Assembly: GCA_964618415.1 (NCBI GenBank)
Contig: CAZUAT010000001.1
Span: forward strand, 63,957-127,956
From: an uncultured Thermoanaerobaculia bacterium
GTDB lineage: Bacteria; Acidobacteriota; Thermoanaerobaculia; Multivoradales; JAGPDF01
Reading direction: 5' to 3'
Length of the DNA stretch: 64,000 nt
The notes beneath the pieces are model-generated. The model saw only the letters and a list, made by a program, of their open reading frames with translations, was not told where the DNA came from and made no database searches. Positions 1 through 9,524 of this stretch are shown here, one piece after another (position 1 is the stretch's first letter; every line of letters starts with the position of its first letter). The position numbers were made by a program, and so were the translations under genes.

Positions 1-1
1 C

Positions 2-2563
2 GACCGGATCGTGCTGGTCAACGGCAGCGAGCCGGCCCGCATCGGCGATCTGCGCGGACAGCTCGGCCGGCAGGCCGAATCCCAACTGGTCGTCGTGCGG
101 GGGGAGGGACTCGAGACCCTCTCCTACCGCCGCCCGCCGCTCGACCTCGACCTGCCCTGGCTGGTCCTGGCTGCCCTCGGCCTCGCCTATCTGGGCATCG
201 GCCTCTTCACCCTCTGGCGCGCTCCGCAGGGGCTCCTGTTCTACGCCTGGTGCCTGGCCTCGGCGGTGCTGTACGTCTACTCCCCGGTGTTCCCGATCGA
301 CCGCACCGGCGTCTGGATCTACCTGCTCGACGAGTTCGCGCGCCTGTTGCTGCCTCCGCTCACTCTTCATCTGTTCCTGACCATCCCGCGCCCGGAGGGC
401 GCCGGCACCCGACGATGGCTGCCTTTCCTCTACCTGCCGGCTGCCATCCTGGCGCTCATCCAGGCCGACCTGGCGCTGGCCGACGGGCGGTACCTCGTGG
501 GCGCTCCGACGGCCGCCGGCCTCGCCCTGCTCGACCGCCTCGAACTCGGCCACCTGGCGGCGTTCGCCGGCGCCGCGATCCTCGTCCTGACAAGCCGACT
601 GACGCGCATCGCAGAGTGGGAACAGCGGCGGCAGCTGCTCTGGATTCTGGTCGGCATGGCCGCGGGCTACGCACCGTTCTTCGCCCTCTACGGAGTGCCG
701 CACATCGTCGGCGTGCGGCTCCCGGAGCTGCTCACTGTGGTCGCCGTCCTGCCGCTCGCCGCGGTCCCGTTCGCGTTCGGATGGGCGATCCTGCGCTACC
801 GCCTTTGGGACCTCGGCCTGCTGGTGCGCAGCGGCGCTTCGTACGCGCTGACCCTGCTGTTCGCCGTCGGTGCCTTCTCGTTGATCAACCTCGCGCTCGG
901 CCGCACCGTCCCGGACGGCATGGCCTTCGCGCGCAACGTGCTGACCTTCTTCGGGGGACTGGCCATCGCCGGTCTCGCGGTGCCGGCCCGCCGCGGCATC
1001 CACGGCGCGCTCGACCGCTTCGCGTATGGACAGGCATTCGGTCGCCGCCGCGGACTCTCCTGGCTGGGCCGTGAGCTGCTGCAGGAGCGCGACCTCGACC
1101 GGCTCTGCCAGTCATTGATCTCGGAGCTCGAGCTCGGACTCGACCTCGATCGGGTCAATCTGCTGCTCGCTCAGGGCGCGTCCCTGCTTCCCGTTCGCCC
1201 GGAGCCCGGACTGCCCGACTCGGTTCCTGTGGCGACGCTGGCGGCCCGCTTGTGGGAGGGAAACTTCGAGACCCTGTCCGGAGTCGACCTTCCGGGTGAG
1301 CCTCCGGGCGCCGAGCAGCGACTTGCCGCCGCCGGCTATCGGTACGTCTTCCCGCTGCGGGTGCGCAACACGCGAGTTGGCATGGTGCTGACGACTCTGC
1401 GCCGTGACGCCGAGCCGCTCAACAGCGAAGACGTCGACCTCGTCCGTGCGGTGCTCGACCAGGCGGCGCTGGCCATAGAGAACGCGCAGCTGCTCGACCA
1501 GGTGCAGCGTCAGCTCGAGCAGGTCGTCGCCCTGCAGCGGCACAACGAAGGCATCCTCGAGTCCTCACCGGCCGGTATCGCGCTGCTCGGAGAGGACGAC
1601 CTGATCGTCTCGGCGAACCTCGCGTTCGCCACCTTTGCCGGCCGGCCGCGCGGCGAAGTCGTCGGCCGTCGCCTGACTGAGGTGCTCGACCTGGGGCCGC
1701 TTCCGGAAGCGGGCTCCGGTCCCCACCAGCTCGTCTGTCGAGATCGCCACGAGCGGGAACGCATACTCGACACGAGTGTCGCCGAGCTGCGCGACGGCGA
1801 GCACAGCGGGCACCGAGTGCTCGCGGTCCAGGACGTCACGGAACGGGTGGCGATGGAGTCGGCCCTCAAGGAGCGCGACCGCCTGGCCGCGCTCGGCGTT
1901 CTGGCCGCCGGGGTCGCGCACGAGGTCAACACCCCGCTGACCGGAATCTCCTCGTACGCGCAACTCCTGCTCGCCGAGACGGCGCCCGACGATCCGCGCC
2001 GCGCGCTGCTCGAGAAGGTCGAGAAGCAGACCTTCCGTGCCTCGAGGATCGTTTCGAACCTCCTGGACTTCGCGCGTCGCCCCGGGGTCGAACGACAGCC
2101 GGTCGACTTGCGACCGCTGATCGAAGAGACGATCGAGCTGGTGCGCGAACGGCTCGCCACGCACTCCGTAACACTCGACTGGGCCGCGCCGACGACGGAT
2201 CCGCGCGTGCTCGGCAGCGCCGGCGAGCTGCAGCAGGTGGTCACCAACCTGATCCTCAACGCGATCGACGCGCTCGCGCCCGGCGGGAGAGGCCGGATCT
2301 GGGTGCGGCTCGACGCAGAGGCTGAGCGCGTCCAGATCGTGGTCGAAGACGATGGGCCGGGCGTCCCGGAGTCGCTGCGGGCCGCGATCTTCGAGCCGTT
2401 CTTTACGACGCGCCGCGGCGCCGGAGGAACCGGGCTCGGGCTCTCGATCAGCCGTGGCATCGTCGACCAGCACGGAGGACGGCTGAGCGTCGACGAGCGG
2501 CCCGGCGGCGGCGCCCGGTTTACCGTAGACCTGCCAACGCAGGCCGGAGCCGTCGACGCATGA
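2..2563 (+). CDS. Sensor histidine kinase (multi-pass membrane N-terminal region, GAF-like, PAS, HisKA, HATPase_c); 5' end probably outside window
   Basis: ORF 11..2563, and the frame stays open back to base 2. H-box AHEVNTPLTGISSYAQLL. ATP-lid boxes NLILNAIDA, DDGPGVP, GTGLGLSISRGIV. Stop overlaps next start (ATGA 2560-2563). Confidence 0.9.
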   Translation, partial: DRIVLVNGSEPARIGDLRGQLGRQAESQLVVVRGEGLETLSYRRPPLDLDLPWLVLAALGLAYLGIGLFTLWRAPQGLLFYAWCLASAVLYVYSPVFPIDRTGVWIYLLDEFARLLLPPLTLHLFLTIPRPEGAGTRRWLPFLYLPAAILALIQADLALADGRYLVGAPTAAGLALLDRLELGHLAAFAGAAILVLTSRLTRIAEWEQRRQLLWILVGMAAGYAPFFALYGVPHIVGVRLPELLTVVAVLPLAAVPFAFGWAILRYRLWDLGLLVRSGASYALTLLFAVGAFSLINLALGRTVPDGMAFARNVLTFFGGLAIAGLAVPARRGIHGALDRFAYGQAFGRRRGLSWLGRELLQERDLDRLCQSLISELELGLDLDRVNLLLAQGASLLPVRPEPGLPDSVPVATLAARLWEGNFETLSGVDLPGEPPGAEQRLAAAGYRYVFPLRVRNTRVGMVLTTLRRDAEPLNSEDVDLVRAVLDQAALAIENAQLLDQVQRQLEQVVALQRHNEGILESSPAGIALLGEDDLIVSANLAFATFAGRPRGEVVGRRLTEVLDLGPLPEAGSGPHQLVCRDRHERERILDTSVAELRDGEHSGHRVLAVQDVTERVAMESALKERDRLAALGVLAAGVAHEVNTPLTGISSYAQLLLAETAPDDPRRALLEKVEKQTFRASRIVSNLLDFARRPGVERQPVDLRPLIEETIELVRERLATHSVTLDWAAPTTDPRVLGSAGELQQVVTNLILNAIDALAPGGRGRIWVRLDAEAERVQIVVEDDGPGVPESLRAAIFEPFFTTRRGAGGTGLGLSISRGIVDQHGGRLSVDERPGGGARFTVDLPTQAGAVDA

Positions 2564-3948
2564 ATATCCTGGTCGTCGACGACGAGGAACTCCTTCAGGA
2601 CGTCCTCGGCATGCTGCTCCGCAAAGAGGGCCACCGGCCGATCTTCGCGAAGACCGGCGAGGAGGCACTACTCGCACTCGACAAGGATCCGATCGACCTC
2701 GTCCTGCTCGATGTGATGCTGCCGGGGCTGACCGGGATGGAAGTCCTGCGCCAGATCCGTCAGCGCGACCCCGATCAGGTCGTCATCGTGATCACCGCGT
2801 ACTCGTCCATCGAGGGCGCCATCGAGGCAATGCGCGAGGGCGCGTTCCACTACATACCCAAGCCGTTCAAGAACGAGGAAGTACTCCTGACGGTCCGCAA
2901 GGGGCTCGAGCAGCGCCGCCTCACGCAGGAGAACCGCGAGCTGCGCGAGCAGCTGGGGCGCCGCTTCGGACTCGACAACATCATCGGCAAGAGCCAGCCG
3001 ATGCAGCAGGTGTTCGACTTGATCCGTCTCGCGGCACCGTCGAAGAGCAACATCCTGATTCTGGGCGAGAGCGGTACCGGCAAGGAGCTGGTCGCCAAGG
3101 CGATCCATCAGCACAGCCGGCGGGCCGGCGGGCCGTTCGTCACCGTCAACTCGGGCTCCATGCCGCCAGATCTGCTCGAATCGACGCTGTTCGGGCACAT
3201 GAAGGGCGCATTCACCGGCGCGATCGCCACCAAGAAGGGACTGTTCGAGCTGGCGGACAACGGGTCGATCTTCTTCGACGAGATCGGCAACATTCCGGCG
3301 GAGACCCAGGCCAAACTGTTGCGCGTCATCCAGGAGAAGGAGTTCATGCGCCTCGGTGGCGTCGACGTGATCCGGGTCGACGTCCGGATCATCGCGGCGA
3401 CGAACGCCCACCTCGAAGCACTGGTGCAGCAAGGGGCCTTCCGCGAAGATCTCTACTACCGGCTCAACGTGATCAGCATTCACCTCCCGCCGCTGCGCGG
3501 CCGGCCCGAGGACATCCCACTGCTGGCGCGCCACTTCATGGCGTTCTACGCCGAGGAAAACGGCAAGCAGATCGACGAGATCACGCCGTCGGCGATGGAG
3601 CGGCTGATGGACTACCGCTGGCCGGGGAACGTCCGCGAACTCGAGAACGCCATCGAGCGGGCGGTCGTGCTGGCAGTGGGCAATCAGATCGATCTCGACC
3701 TGCTACCCCCTTCCGTTCGCAGCGGCAATCCTTCCGCTTCCTCCGGGCAGGCCACCGCGCACCTGCCGGGCGTCGAAACCTCGTTCTGGGATGCCGTCTC
3801 GGCGTACGAACGCCTGCTCATCGTTCGGGCTCTGCAGACTGCCGGCGGGGTCCAGAAGAAGGCCGCCGAGATCCTCCAGGTCAAGCCCACGACCCTGCAC
3901 GAGATGATGAAGCGGCTGGCCATCACGGCGGAGACCGTTCAGTCGTAA
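2560..3948 (+). CDS. Sigma-54-dependent response regulator, NtrC family (REC + AAA+ + Fis-type HTH)
   Basis: 462 aa. REC domain (DLVLLDVMLPG). Walker A GESGTGKE. GAFTGA loop (MKGAFTGA). WPGNVRELEN. C-terminal HTH (AAEILQVKPTTLHEMMKRL). Confidence 0.92.
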   Translation: MNILVVDDEELLQDVLGMLLRKEGHRPIFAKTGEEALLALDKDPIDLVLLDVMLPGLTGMEVLRQIRQRDPDQVVIVITAYSSIEGAIEAMREGAFHYIPKPFKNEEVLLTVRKGLEQRRLTQENRELREQLGRRFGLDNIIGKSQPMQQVFDLIRLAAPSKSNILILGESGTGKELVAKAIHQHSRRAGGPFVTVNSGSMPPDLLESTLFGHMKGAFTGAIATKKGLFELADNGSIFFDEIGNIPAETQAKLLRVIQEKEFMRLGGVDVIRVDVRIIAATNAHLEALVQQGAFREDLYYRLNVISIHLPPLRGRPEDIPLLARHFMAFYAEENGKQIDEITPSAMERLMDYRWPGNVRELENAIERAVVLAVGNQIDLDLLPPSVRSGNPSASSGQATAHLPGVETSFWDAVSAYERLLIVRALQTAGGVQKKAAEILQVKPTTLHEMMKRLAITAETVQS

Positions 3949-4076
3949 CCGCAGGAAAACAGACGCCTTAGCCGCTTCACCCCAAGCCGCGCGCGAAAAC
4001 GGGGGAGGTCGGGATAGAATAGCGGGCTCGCGCCGCCGGTACTCGCCCGGCGCACGCCGTGAAAGGGCAACGCACC

Positions 4077-4280
4077 ATGAAGAAGAACCTCCACCCCGAG
4101 CTGCACCTGGTCACCGTCGTGTGTGCCTGTGGCAATTCATTCCAGACCCACTCGACCAGCAAGGAGCTGCGTCTGGAAATCTGCAGCGCCTGTCACCCGT
4201 TCTTCACCGGCCGCCAGAAGTTCATCGACACCGCGGGCCGCGTCGAGCGCTTCAAGAAGCGTTACTCGCAGTCGGCCTAG
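4077..4280 (+). CDS. rpmE: 50S ribosomal protein L31 (Zn-ribbon C+ form)
   Basis: [10 protein letters not shown]...CACGNSF...[31 protein letters not shown] 4077 gives 67 aa; the track ORF starts at an upstream GTG 4059. Confidence 0.93.
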   Translation: MKKNLHPELHLVTVVCACGNSFQTHSTSKELRLEICSACHPFFTGRQKFIDTAGRVERFKKRYSQSA

Positions 4281-4302
4281 CAAGCGGATCCGGAGCACGG
4301 CG

Positions 4303-4353
4303 ACCCCGGTGGTCCTGCCGCTGTCGCGGCCGGGCGCCGGGGTTTCCGATTTC
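4303..4353 (+). terminator. Candidate intrinsic terminator after rpmE
   Basis: Imperfect GC-rich hairpin 23 nt after the rpmE stop. Outer stem ACCCCGGTG / CGCCGGGGT, inner stem GCCGC-TGTC-GCGGC. Followed by TTTCCGATTTCC. Confidence 0.4.
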
Positions 4354-4367
4354 CTGGGAGAGCGACG

Positions 4368-5459
4368 ATGGAGCTGACCGACCGGCTGGAGAGCCTCGCG
4401 GCAACCCACGCCGAGCTCACCGCTCGGCTGGCGTCGCCCGACTTGGTGGCCGACCCGCGCCGTTTCCGCGACACCAGTCGGGCATTGGCCGAGATCGACG
4501 AGGTCGTCGCCCTCTGGCGCACCTACCAGGCCGTTGCCAGGCAGGTGGAGCAGGCCCGCGAGCTGCTGGCCGACGCAGCCACCGACCCGGACCTGGCGCG
4601 CCTCGCCGCAGACGAGGCGGCTGACGGCGATCGCGAACTCGAGCAGCTCGAAGGCCGCCTGCGGCTCGCTCTGGTGCCCCGCGATCCGGACGACGATCGC
4701 AACGTCGTGCTCGAAGTGCGCGCCGGCACGGGCGGCGATGAGGCGACGCTTTTCGCCGCCGAGCTGTTCCGGATGTACACGCGCTACGCGGAACGGCGGG
4801 GATGGCGCGTCGAAGTGCTCGATCTCTCCGAATCGGACGCCGGAGGCATCAAGGAGGTTGCTGCGATCATCGAAGGTCGCGGGGCATGGAGCCGGCTCAA
4901 GTACGAGGCGGGAACGCATCGAGTCCAGCGGGTTCCTGCGACCGAGGCCTCCGGCCGCATTCACACGTCAGCAGCGACGGTCGCAGTGCTCCCCGAGGCC
5001 GAGGACGTCGACGTCCAGATCCAGGAGAAGGACCTTCGGATCGATCGCTTCTGTGCCTCGGGGCCCGGCGGGCAGGGGGTCAACACCACTTATTCGGCGG
5101 TCCGCATCACCCATCTGCCATCCGGACTGGTGGTCTCCTGTCAGGACGAACGCAGCCAGATCAAGAATCGAGAGAAGGCCATGCGGGTGCTACGTAGCCG
5201 CCTGCTGGAACTCGAGCGATCCCGCACGGAGGCGGCGCAGGCGGCCGAGAGACGAAAGATGGTCGGCAGCGGCGACCGGTCCGAAAAGATCCGCACGTAC
5301 AGCTTCCCGCAGAACCGGGTGACCGATCACCGGATCGGCAAGTCCCTCCATCAGCTGCAGGAGGTACTCGGGGGCGAACTCGATGCGCTGATCGATCCGC
5401 TCATCGAGCATGATCGCGCACGCGCCCTGGACGACCAGGCGCGCGCCTCGGTCGACTGA
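4368..5459 (+). CDS. prfA: Peptide chain release factor 1
   Basis: 363 aa. GGQ motif ([10 protein letters not shown]). RF1-type PAT tripeptide ([14 protein letters not shown]). Confidence 0.95.
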   Translation: MELTDRLESLAATHAELTARLASPDLVADPRRFRDTSRALAEIDEVVALWRTYQAVARQVEQARELLADAATDPDLARLAADEAADGDRELEQLEGRLRLALVPRDPDDDRNVVLEVRAGTGGDEATLFAAELFRMYTRYAERRGWRVEVLDLSESDAGGIKEVAAIIEGRGAWSRLKYEAGTHRVQRVPATEASGRIHTSAATVAVLPEAEDVDVQIQEKDLRIDRFCASGPGGQGVNTTYSAVRITHLPSGLVVSCQDERSQIKNREKAMRVLRSRLLELERSRTEAAQAAERRKMVGSGDRSEKIRTYSFPQNRVTDHRIGKSLHQLQEVLGGELDALIDPLIEHDRARALDDQARASVD

Positions 5460-5466
5460 GGACTCC

Positions 5467-6474
5467 TCAGCCCGTGGCGCAGCGCTCCGCGTCTTCGAGC
5501 GGCCGCGCCACCGGAGGAGCCGGCGTCGAACTCTCCCTGACCGTTTGCGAGGCCGGTGCCGCCCCGGCATCGCCGTCGCTCAGCTGCGCCGCCACGGCCG
5601 CCAGTATCAGGACCGCCGCGACGCCCACTCGGGCCGTGAGCGGTTCGCCGGCGACTGCCCATCCCAGCAGCACCGCGACGACCGGATTGACGAACGCGTA
5701 CGTGGCTACCGTCGACGGCCGAGCAACCCGCAACAGGTAGGTGTAGGCCGAGAAGGCGATGATCGACCCAAAGACGACGAGGTAGGCGAAGGCGATCAAC
5801 GACCGCGCCGAAAAAGCTGCCGTGCTGACGGAGGACCATTCCCCGCCAGCGCCTCCGACGAGCAGCAGAAGTGTGCCGCCACAGAGCATCTGCATCGCCG
5901 TCGCCATCGGGCGCGACTCCGGCATCGCGGCGCGCACCGTCCACAGCGATCCGAGTGCCCAGGAGAGTGATGCCAGCACGACCGCCAGTGCACCGACCGG
6001 GTTCACGGACGAGGGGTCGAAGCCGGCCGGATCGATCACCAGAACGGCCACGCCAGCCATCCCGGCGAGCAGGCTGACCACCGTCCGCGCCCCCGCCCGG
6101 CGCAGACCGAGCACCAGCGGCGCCAGCAGGGCGATCCAGACCGGTTCGACGGCGACCAGCAGTGCCGTGACGCCCGACGGGATCAGGTGTTCGGCCCACA
6201 CTACGAGACCGTTCCCGCCGAGCAGTAGCAGCGCTCCGATGCCGGCGGCAGGACCCCAGAAGCGGCGAGCGGGTCGGGGAGCTCCCTTCGCACGCGCCCA
6301 GAGATAAAGCGCCCCGCCGGCGAGCAGGAAGCGCGCTCCGGCCATGGTGAAGGTCGGCAGCGTCTCGATGGCAAATCGGATCGCCAGGTAGGTCGAACCC
6401 CAGACGATGTAGACGGTCAGCAGCGCGAGCACCAGCGCGCTGCGCGAGCCGCCGGTGGTTTCAGATCGAAGCAT
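5467..6474 (-). CDS. EamA/DMT-family transporter
   Basis: 335 aa. About 10 hydrophobic helices in two EamA-like repeats. Start overlaps the stop of the upstream lrp-family gene by 14 nt. Confidence 0.85.
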   Translation of the reverse strand: MLRSETTGGSRSALVLALLTVYIVWGSTYLAIRFAIETLPTFTMAGARFLLAGGALYLWARAKGAPRPARRFWGPAAGIGALLLLGGNGLVVWAEHLIPSGVTALLVAVEPVWIALLAPLVLGLRRAGARTVVSLLAGMAGVAVLVIDPAGFDPSSVNPVGALAVVLASLSWALGSLWTVRAAMPESRPMATAMQMLCGGTLLLLVGGAGGEWSSVSTAAFSARSLIAFAYLVVFGSIIAFSAYTYLLRVARPSTVATYAFVNPVVAVLLGWAVAGEPLTARVGVAAVLILAAVAAQLSDGDAGAAPASQTVRESSTPAPPVARPLEDAERCATG

Positions 6475-6946
6475 CAGAGACCTCCTCGCCAGCCGGCGGG
6501 AGCGGCAGTTCCCAGGACTCGCGAACGGTCCCCAGAACCACGGTGGTCCGCGTCCGGCGGACCTCGGGCAGCGGGCTCACGTACTCCTTGAGAAGCCTGC
6601 CGAGCATTTCGGTGGAGGCGCAGCGGACTTTGACGAGATAGCAGTCCTCGCCCGCGACGTGATGAACCTCCTGCACGCCAGGGATGCGGGCCAGCTGAAC
6701 GCCGAGGTCTTCGCCCCCGGGCGCCTCGTCGGCCTGGACGAAGATGAAGGCCAGCAGTCCGCGCTCGATCTGAGCCGGATCGAGGCGGGCCGCGTAACCC
6801 TGAATGACGCCTCGGCGTTCGAGCTTGCGGATGCGCTCGAGCACCGCCGACGGCGCCATTCCGAGGGTCCGCCCGAGCTGAGCGTTGGAGATCCGCGCGT
6901 CTCGCTGCAGCAGGTCCAGAATCTGAAGGTCCCGATCGTCCAGCAT
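6461..6946 (-). CDS. Lrp/AsnC-family transcriptional regulator
   Basis: 161 aa. N-terminal HTH (LQILDLLQRDARISNAQLGRTLGMAPSAVLERIRKLE) plus C-terminal AsnC-type ligand domain. Confidence 0.92.
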   Translation of the reverse strand: MLDDRDLQILDLLQRDARISNAQLGRTLGMAPSAVLERIRKLERRGVIQGYAARLDPAQIERGLLAFIFVQADEAPGGEDLGVQLARIPGVQEVHHVAGEDCYLVKVRCASTEMLGRLLKEYVSPLPEVRRTRTTVVLGTVRESWELPLPPAGEEVSDASI

Positions 6947-6952
6947 CCCGGC

Positions 6953-6981
6953 ATTCTAGGCCGGCACCGACGATTCGTCAA
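6953..6981 (-). promoter_or_regulatory. Sigma-70-type promoter for the lrp-family gene (TTGACG-N17-TAGAAT), probably leaderless
   Basis: On the minus strand, TTGACG (6981-6976), a 17-nt spacer, then TAGAAT (6958-6953), then 6 nt (GCCGGG) and the ATG at 6946. No Shine-Dalgarno sequence. Confidence 0.5.
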
Positions 6982-6999
6982 CGGTTCGCAATATATCCA

Positions 7000-7041
7000 G
7001 GCGAAACGTCTCAATATTGAGCTTTCAATAGACGTTTCGCC
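7000..7041. promoter_or_regulatory. 12-bp perfect inverted repeat (GGCGAAACGTCT-N18-AGACGTTTCGCC), candidate Lrp/AsnC operator
   Basis: Arms at 7000-7011 and 7030-7041. The spacer contains the 10-bp palindrome TCAATATTGA (7011-7020). CAATAT occurs at 6989, 7012 and 7041. This is the only clearly AT-rich patch in the region, between divergent lrp and prmC. Confidence 0.5.
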
Positions 7042-7058
7042 AATATCGCGATTCCCGC

Positions 7059-7064
7059 TAGGAT
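7059..7064 (+). promoter_or_regulatory. Candidate -10 element (TAGGAT) 6 nt upstream of the prmC ATG (leaderless-type)
   Basis: TAGGAT, then CCCGAA, then ATG 7071. No SD. The -35 position (TTCGCC, 7036-7041) overlaps the right arm of the inverted repeat. Confidence 0.3.
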
Positions 7065-7070
7065 CCCGAA

Positions 7071-7916
7071 ATGCCGATCGTCGCGGACCTGCTCGAGGCC
7101 GGTCGTACCCGCCTGCGCGCAGCCGGCGTCGAGCCGTCGGCGCGCGAGTCGGCCCTGTTGCTGGGCCGGCTCCTGGGTCTCGGCGAGGCTTCCGTGCTGG
7201 CTCGCGACACGGAGGCAGTTCCGGCGGAGATCGAGGATCGCTTCTTCGAGTGGGTCGAACGCCGGTCCGCCGGAGAGCCGACCGCGTACGTGGTAGGCGA
7301 GCGAGAGTTCTTCGGCCGCCCGTTCGCCGTCGATCGGCGCGTCCTGATCCCGCGACCGGAAACCGAGCATCTGGTCGAGATCGCGCTCGAGCTGCCGCTG
7401 CCAACGCGCGCCCGGGTGCTCGACGTGGGTACCGGTTCCGGCTGCATTGCGGTTTCGCTGGCCGCCGAGCGCCCGCTCTGGTGGGTGGCAGCTTCCGACA
7501 TCTCGCTGGGCGCGCTCGCCGTCGCGCGTGGCAATGCTCGGCGCAACGACGTCGGCCACCGATTGGCGCTGCTGGCGACCGACCTGACCGGCGGCACCGA
7601 TCTCGCCTCGTTCGACTTGATCGTCGGCAACCCGCCCTACGTCGAGGAGCACGTCGTCCCGTTCCTGTCGCGCGACGTGCGCGACTTCGAACCACGCGTG
7701 GCCCTGACGCTGGGCGCCGACGGCTTCGACGCCACACGCCGCCTGATTGCCAGCGCCGAATCGCTGCGGGCCGGCAGCTGGATGGTGCTCGAGTTCGGCT
7801 TCGGACAGGGCGACGAGGTACTCGAGATCGCTCGCCAGGCGGGTCACTTCGACCGCGCTGAGTTGCGCCCAGATCTGGCCGGCATCGAGCGCGACGTCGT
7901 ACTGCGACGTGGATAG
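7071..7916 (+). CDS. prmC: Release factor glutamine N5-methyltransferase
   Basis: 281 aa. SAM motif VLDVGTGSG. NPPY motif (IVGNPPYV). Confidence 0.92.
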   Translation: MPIVADLLEAGRTRLRAAGVEPSARESALLLGRLLGLGEASVLARDTEAVPAEIEDRFFEWVERRSAGEPTAYVVGEREFFGRPFAVDRRVLIPRPETEHLVEIALELPLPTRARVLDVGTGSGCIAVSLAAERPLWWVAASDISLGALAVARGNARRNDVGHRLALLATDLTGGTDLASFDLIVGNPPYVEEHVVPFLSRDVRDFEPRVALTLGADGFDATRRLIASAESLRAGSWMVLEFGFGQGDEVLEIARQAGHFDRAELRPDLAGIERDVVLRRG

Positions 7917-9189
7917 TTTCCGAATTCTCGGCCCGAGCCGCCTCGTCGGCAGCGTCGGAGCAGGCGGAGCGAAGAACGCAGCACTGCCCTGCCTCGCGGC
8001 GTCGCTGCTCAGCGACGCACCGCTGCGCCTGACCCGCGTCCCGCGCGTGCGCGATCTCGAGACCATGCGTCGTCTGCTCGGCCACCTCGGCGTGACCGGC
8101 AGCTGGCACGGTCCGGTGCTCGAACTCTGTCCCGGCGGTCCGGCCGACCCGGACGACGCTCCCTACGAGCTGGTCAAGACGATGCGCGCCAGCGTCCTCG
8201 TGCTCGGACCGCTGACCGCCCGACGTGGGCACGCCCGGGTGTCGCTGCCCGGCGGTTGTGCGATCGGCGTCCGGCCGATCGATCAGCACTTGGCCGGGCT
8301 GGAGGCACTGGGAGCGCGCATCCGGCTGGAGCACGGCTACGTCGAAGCGACTGCCACACGCCTTGTGGGGACGACCTTTCGCTTCTCCGTCCCCACGGTG
8401 ACTGGGACCGAGAACCTGCTCATGGCAGCCACCCTGGCGCGCGGCACGACGGTCCTGGAGAACTGCGCGCGCGAGCCCGAAGTGACGGACCTCGCCCGCC
8501 TGCTCGCCGCCATGGGAGCCCGCATCGAGGGAGCCGGCACCGACGTCCTGCACATCGAAGGCGTGGAGACGCTCGGAGGAGCCGATCACGAAGTGATCCC
8601 GGACCGGATCGAGGGCGGAACCTATCTGATCGGCGCCGCGATCACCGGCGGCGACGTCCACCTGAACGACGCGCGTCCCGAAGATCTGGTGCCGCTGCTC
8701 GAGATTCTCGCCGCCTGTGGATGCGAGGTCGAAGTCGCACCCGCCGCGGTCCGCGTGTCGCGGCGCGGCCGGCTGCTGCCTCACGACGTCACGACCGCAG
8801 CGTTCCCCGGATTTCCGACCGATCTCCAGGCCCAGTATCTGGCGTTGATGACCCAGGCAGAAGGAACATCCACCGTTGTCGAAACGGTGTTCGAGAACCG
8901 GATGCAGCACGTTGCGGAACTGGCTCGCATGGGGGCCGATATTCGCCTCGACGGCCGGGCCGCGCGAGTCCACGGACCGGCACGCCTGTCGGGGGCGCGG
9001 GTCATGGCCACGGATCTGCGCGCGTCGGCCAGCCTGGTGCTCGCGGCGCTGGCCGCCGACGGCGAAACCGCCATCGACCGGATCTACCACCTCGATCGCG
9101 GCTACGAGTCGATGGAGTCCAAGCTGACCGAGCTGGGCGCGCGAGTCGAGCGACTCTCCGGCGACGACCACGAGCGGAGCCCCCGATGA
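7909..9189 (+). CDS. murA: UDP-N-acetylglucosamine 1-carboxyvinyltransferase
   Basis: GTG 7909 (8-nt overlap with the prmC stop) gives 426 aa beginning [27 protein letters not shown]. Active-site loop [13 protein letters not shown]. The track start 7747 is an extension inside prmC. Confidence 0.93.
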   Translation: MDSFRILGPSRLVGSVGAGGAKNAALPCLAASLLSDAPLRLTRVPRVRDLETMRRLLGHLGVTGSWHGPVLELCPGGPADPDDAPYELVKTMRASVLVLGPLTARRGHARVSLPGGCAIGVRPIDQHLAGLEALGARIRLEHGYVEATATRLVGTTFRFSVPTVTGTENLLMAATLARGTTVLENCAREPEVTDLARLLAAMGARIEGAGTDVLHIEGVETLGGADHEVIPDRIEGGTYLIGAAITGGDVHLNDARPEDLVPLLEILAACGCEVEVAPAAVRVSRRGRLLPHDVTTAAFPGFPTDLQAQYLALMTQAEGTSTVVETVFENRMQHVAELARMGADIRLDGRAARVHGPARLSGARVMATDLRASASLVLAALAADGETAIDRIYHLDRGYESMESKLTELGARVERLSGDDHERSPR

Positions 9190-9524
9190 CCGACTGCCTG
9201 TTCTGCCGCATTGCCGCCGGCCAGATTCCGGCGCGGTTCGTGCACGAGGACGAAGACGTGATCGTCTTTCACGACATTTCGCCGCAGGCCCCGACCCACT
9301 TGCTGGTGGTGCCGCGCCGCCACATCGCCTCGCTCGCTGACGCCGCTCAGGAGGATGCCGACCTGCTCGGCCAGCTCGCCATCGCGGCCGGAACGGCGGC
9401 GCGCCGGGCAGGTCTCGAGTCGTGGCGGCTGGTCTCCAACACCGGCGCCGATGCCGGGCAGTCAGTGCCTCATCTGCACCTGCACGTCCTCGGGGGGCGC
9501 CCGTTCGGCTGGCCCCCGGGATGA
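9186..9524 (+). CDS. HIT-family (HinT-like) nucleotide hydrolase
   Basis: 112 aa. Histidine triad HLHLHVLGG. ATG 9186 overlaps the murA stop (ATGA). Confidence 0.9.
   Translation: MTDCLFCRIAAGQIPARFVHEDEDVIVFHDISPQAPTHLLVVPRRHIASLADAAQEDADLLGQLAIAAGTAARRAGLESWRLVSNTGADAGQSVPHLHLHVLGGRPFGWPPG

Noticed and set aside
4015-4020. TAGAAT hexamer upstream of rpmE as a promoter -10.
   Set aside because: No acceptable -35 at 16-19 nt; the nearest TTCACC is 33 nt away. Left unannotated.
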